Source: Dendrobates tinctorius (lineage: Eukaryota). Taken from it: DNA of 64,000 bases. Each line of letters starts with the position of its first letter. The stretch's first letter is position 1. The stretch lies in assembly GCF_039654945.1 (NCBI RefSeq), contig NW_027361863.1, forward strand, positions 2,728,001 to 2,792,000, read 5' to 3'. The notes beneath the pieces are model-generated. The model had not been told where the DNA came from. It was given only the letters and a program-made list of their open reading frames with translations, and made no database searches. The translations under genes were made by a program, and so were the position numbers. This document shows positions 61,363-64,000 of the stretch, piece by piece.

Positions 61363-63253
61363 AATGACTCGGGGCAACCGTTACCCGAAAACGACACTGT
61401 GGGCGGCCATCTACTCTGGTTCTGCCACGTCTGGGTCGCGGTAGCGCGCGACGCATGGGTGGCGAAATTAGTGTCGTCCGGGTACAAGATAGAATTTGTC
61501 ACGTATCCCCCAAAACGATTTTTTCTTTCCTGGCTTCCCAAAGTGGAAGCCCGGGCAGAAGCATTACTGGGAGCCATCAAGATACTCCAGCGCAACGGAG
61601 TCATTATTCCCGTACCAGAGTGCGAGAGGACTCAGGGCTCCAATCTATTCGCGGTCCCCAAAAAGGCCTGGACAGTCAGGCTGGTACTGTACCTAAAGCT
61701 CCTGAACAAGTTCATCAGGATCAAACATTTTCGAATGGAATCTCTCCGTTCGGTTATATCAGCAATGGAGCAAGGGGAATACTTGGCCTCAATAGACGTC
61801 CAGGATGCCTATCTGCACGTCCCTATTTTTCCTCCACATCAGAGGTTCCTACGTTTTGCCATCGATGGTCGGCATTTCCAGTTTGTAGCACTACCCTTCG
61901 GGCTGGCTACCGCCCCCAGGGAGTTTACAAAGGTAATGACAGTCGTCATGGCTGTTCTGCACTCTCGAGGCATAGTTGTCTTGCCATACTTGGACGACCT
62001 CTTGGTGAAAGGCCCATCGTTTCGGGCATGCGAAGAGAATGTCAGCATCACGCTGGATACCCTAGCCCGCCTAGGTTGGTTAGTCAACGGGAAGAGGTCA
62101 TCCCTTGTCCCAGCTCAGAAAATTTCTTTCTTAGGGATGATTTTCGACACCTCCCGAGGGTTGGTAATTCTCCCTCAAGACAAGGCTCTAGCGCTCCGGC
62201 AGGGAGTTCGGAAACTGCAGCAGCCAGTCCCTCACACCATTCGGTTCGGGATGAGGGTGCTAGGGAAGATGGTGGCGGCAATGGAAGCGATTCCGTTTGC
62301 CCAATTTCATCTGCGTCCCCTGCAGCACGCTCTCTTGACATCCTGGGACAAGAGCCCATTCACGCTCAATCATCGGTACCGGTTGTCCTCTCAGGTCAGA
62401 AGGTCTCTACAGTGGTGGACGAGCAGTTCCTTCCTTCGTCAGGGGAAGCCCTTCCCCCCAGATTAATGGTTGGTGGTCACAACCGACGTGAGCCTGCTCG
62501 GCTGGGGAGCAGTTTTCCGTCACCACGCAATTCAGGGGTAATGGTCACGACATGAGGCAGGCCTCCAGATCAATTTGCTGGAAATTCGAGCAGTGCGGCT
62601 GGCGCTGCAACATTTCTAGCAGGACGTCCTGTCCGGATTCAATCAAACAACGCCACGGCGGTTGCTTACGTAAATCAAGGGGGCACGCGCAGCAAGGCAA
62701 CCATGCGCGAGGTAGAACACGTACTTCGCTGGGCCGAGAGGAATCACTCGGTAATTTCAGCAGTCCACATACTGGGCGTGGAGAATTGGGCGGTGTACTT
62801 CCTCAGCCGGCAGGGTGTCGTGTCCGGGGAATGGGCCCTGCACCCCGAGGTCTTCCAGCAGATTTGCCAACGGTGGGAACACCGGATGTGGATCTGATGG
62901 CCTCCAGGGTCAACGCCAAGGTGCCCGTGTTTGTCGCGCGGTCTCGGGACCCACGAGTGATCGCAGTGGATGCGATAGTTCTACCATGGAACCAGTTTCG
63001 CCTTCCATACTTGTTTCCCCCGCTGCCGCTACTTCCGATGGTTGTCAGAAAGATCAAAACAGAAGGGGTTCCAGCAATTGTACTAGCCCCAGACTGGCCC
63101 CGTCGGGCGTGGTATGCAGACCTAGTGCAGCTGCTCACCGACGTCCCATGGCGACTGCCCGAGCGCCCAGATCTACTATCCCAGGGACCGATCTTCCACC
63201 CGAACTCAGGGGCCCTGTGTTTGACGGCATGGCCGTTGAATCTTGGATTCTGA
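61363..63253 (+). pseudogene. DIRS ORF2: RT, RNase H and adenine-methyltransferase-like domain
   Basis: GYKIEF, SIDVQDAYLHVP, LPFGLATAPREF, YLDD at ~61987; TTDVSLLGWGA after a premature stop at 62464; PDVDLMAS...PYLFPP. Confidence 0.9.
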
Positions 63254-64000
63254 CCCAGGTGGGGTTTGGGTGTGAAGTGGTCGCTACAATGGTTAGCGCC
63301 CGGAAGCCTACCTCAGCAAAGATTTACCATCACACTTGGAAGGTCTTCTTTAGTTGGTGTCGAGACCGCGGGGTTGCTCCACTGTTTTTTGTTTTTTTTC
63401 TATTCCCAACATCTTGGCTTTTCTTCAATCAGGCCTAGACTCAGGGTTGGCCCCGAGTTCCCTTAGGAGACAGATATCGGCCTTGTCTGTCCTCTTCCAG
63501 CGAAAAATCGCTACTAAAATGCAGGTGAAGACATTCATCCAGGGGATCTCACATTTGGTACCCCCCTATAGAACGCCCCTAGACTCCTGGGACCTTAACT
63601 TGGTCCTGATTGTCCTGCAGGAGGCTCCGATTGAGCAATTACAAGAAGTGTCGTCATACCTGTCCAGGAAGGTGGTATTCTTGGTAGCCATAACTTCCAT
63701 TAGGCGGGTCTCGGAGTTGTAGAGCTCCGTTTCTCACCTTCTACAAGGATAAGGCAGTTCTCAGACCAGCTCCCCCCTTTCTGCCGAAGGTCGTGTCCTC
63801 TTTTCACATTAATGAGGACATTGTCCTGCCGTCATTTTGTCCAGCGCCAATACATCATGTCGAAAAAGCGCTTCACACTTTAGACCTAGTGAGAGCTCTC
63901 AGAAGGTACGTGTCCCGGACAGCACCCTTTCGCCAGACGGACTCGCTGTTCATGCTCCCCGAAGGGCGCAGGAAGGGACTCGCAGCCTCAAAGTCAACCA
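63229..64000 (+). pseudogene. DIRS tyrosine recombinase, N-terminal part, disrupted
   Basis: ARKPTSAKIYHHTWKVF, ILAFLQSG...SLRRQISALS, WDLNLVL, LVAITSIRRVSEL, PKVVSSFH. Confidence 0.88.

Larger units (their letters stand above)
58710..64000 (+). mobile_element. DIRS1-like tyrosine-recombinase retrotransposon, decayed, runs off the window
   Basis: T-rich 5' terminus TTTTCTCC...CATTGGGGGACACAG; gag, RT, RNase H, MT and YR in DIRS order. Confidence 0.93.

Noticed and set aside
62880-63250. Horizontally acquired phage adenine methyltransferase gene
   Set aside because: It is the MT-like domain that is a normal component of DIRS1-group ORF2

Overview
Vertebrate genomic DNA, most likely an anuran amphibian judging from the repeat landscape (inference). 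Two host genes are arranged head-to-head, as in human 10q24. ENTPD7 is on the minus strand: a putative non-coding exon 1 near 23.7 kb, coding exons at 22205-22212, 21179-21361, 3665-3870, 1113-1263, 530-633, 362-421, and a partial exon at 1-42. SLC25A28/mitoferrin-2 is on the plus strand: coding exons 38335-38622, 52335-52563 and 57160-57216, with exon 4 beyond the window. Most of the remaining sequence is mobile DNA and minisatellites: three Tc1-family transposons with DD34E, DD35E and DD38E spacings (the last with an uninterrupted ORF); a decayed two-LTR Ty3/Gypsy chromovirus containing a nested solo LTR, plus two further solo LTRs; an L2-type LINE with an inverted nested copy of its own 3' end; a DIRS element inserted in another DIRS; many MITEs; and a TTAA-ended element carrying telomere-like repeats. 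The most notable observations are (i) the chromovirus family's 6-bp TSDs, Tf1/sushi-type self-priming PBS and a conserved acidic Pol tail encoded in U3 that ends in the TATA box; (ii) a weak SLC25A28 intron-2 donor with an in-frame read-through giving a 180-aa short mitoferrin; and (iii) tandem hairpin-forming repeats in the DIRS leader. I do not see a clearly new multi-gene system. The long repetitive ORFs in the track are minisatellite artefacts.
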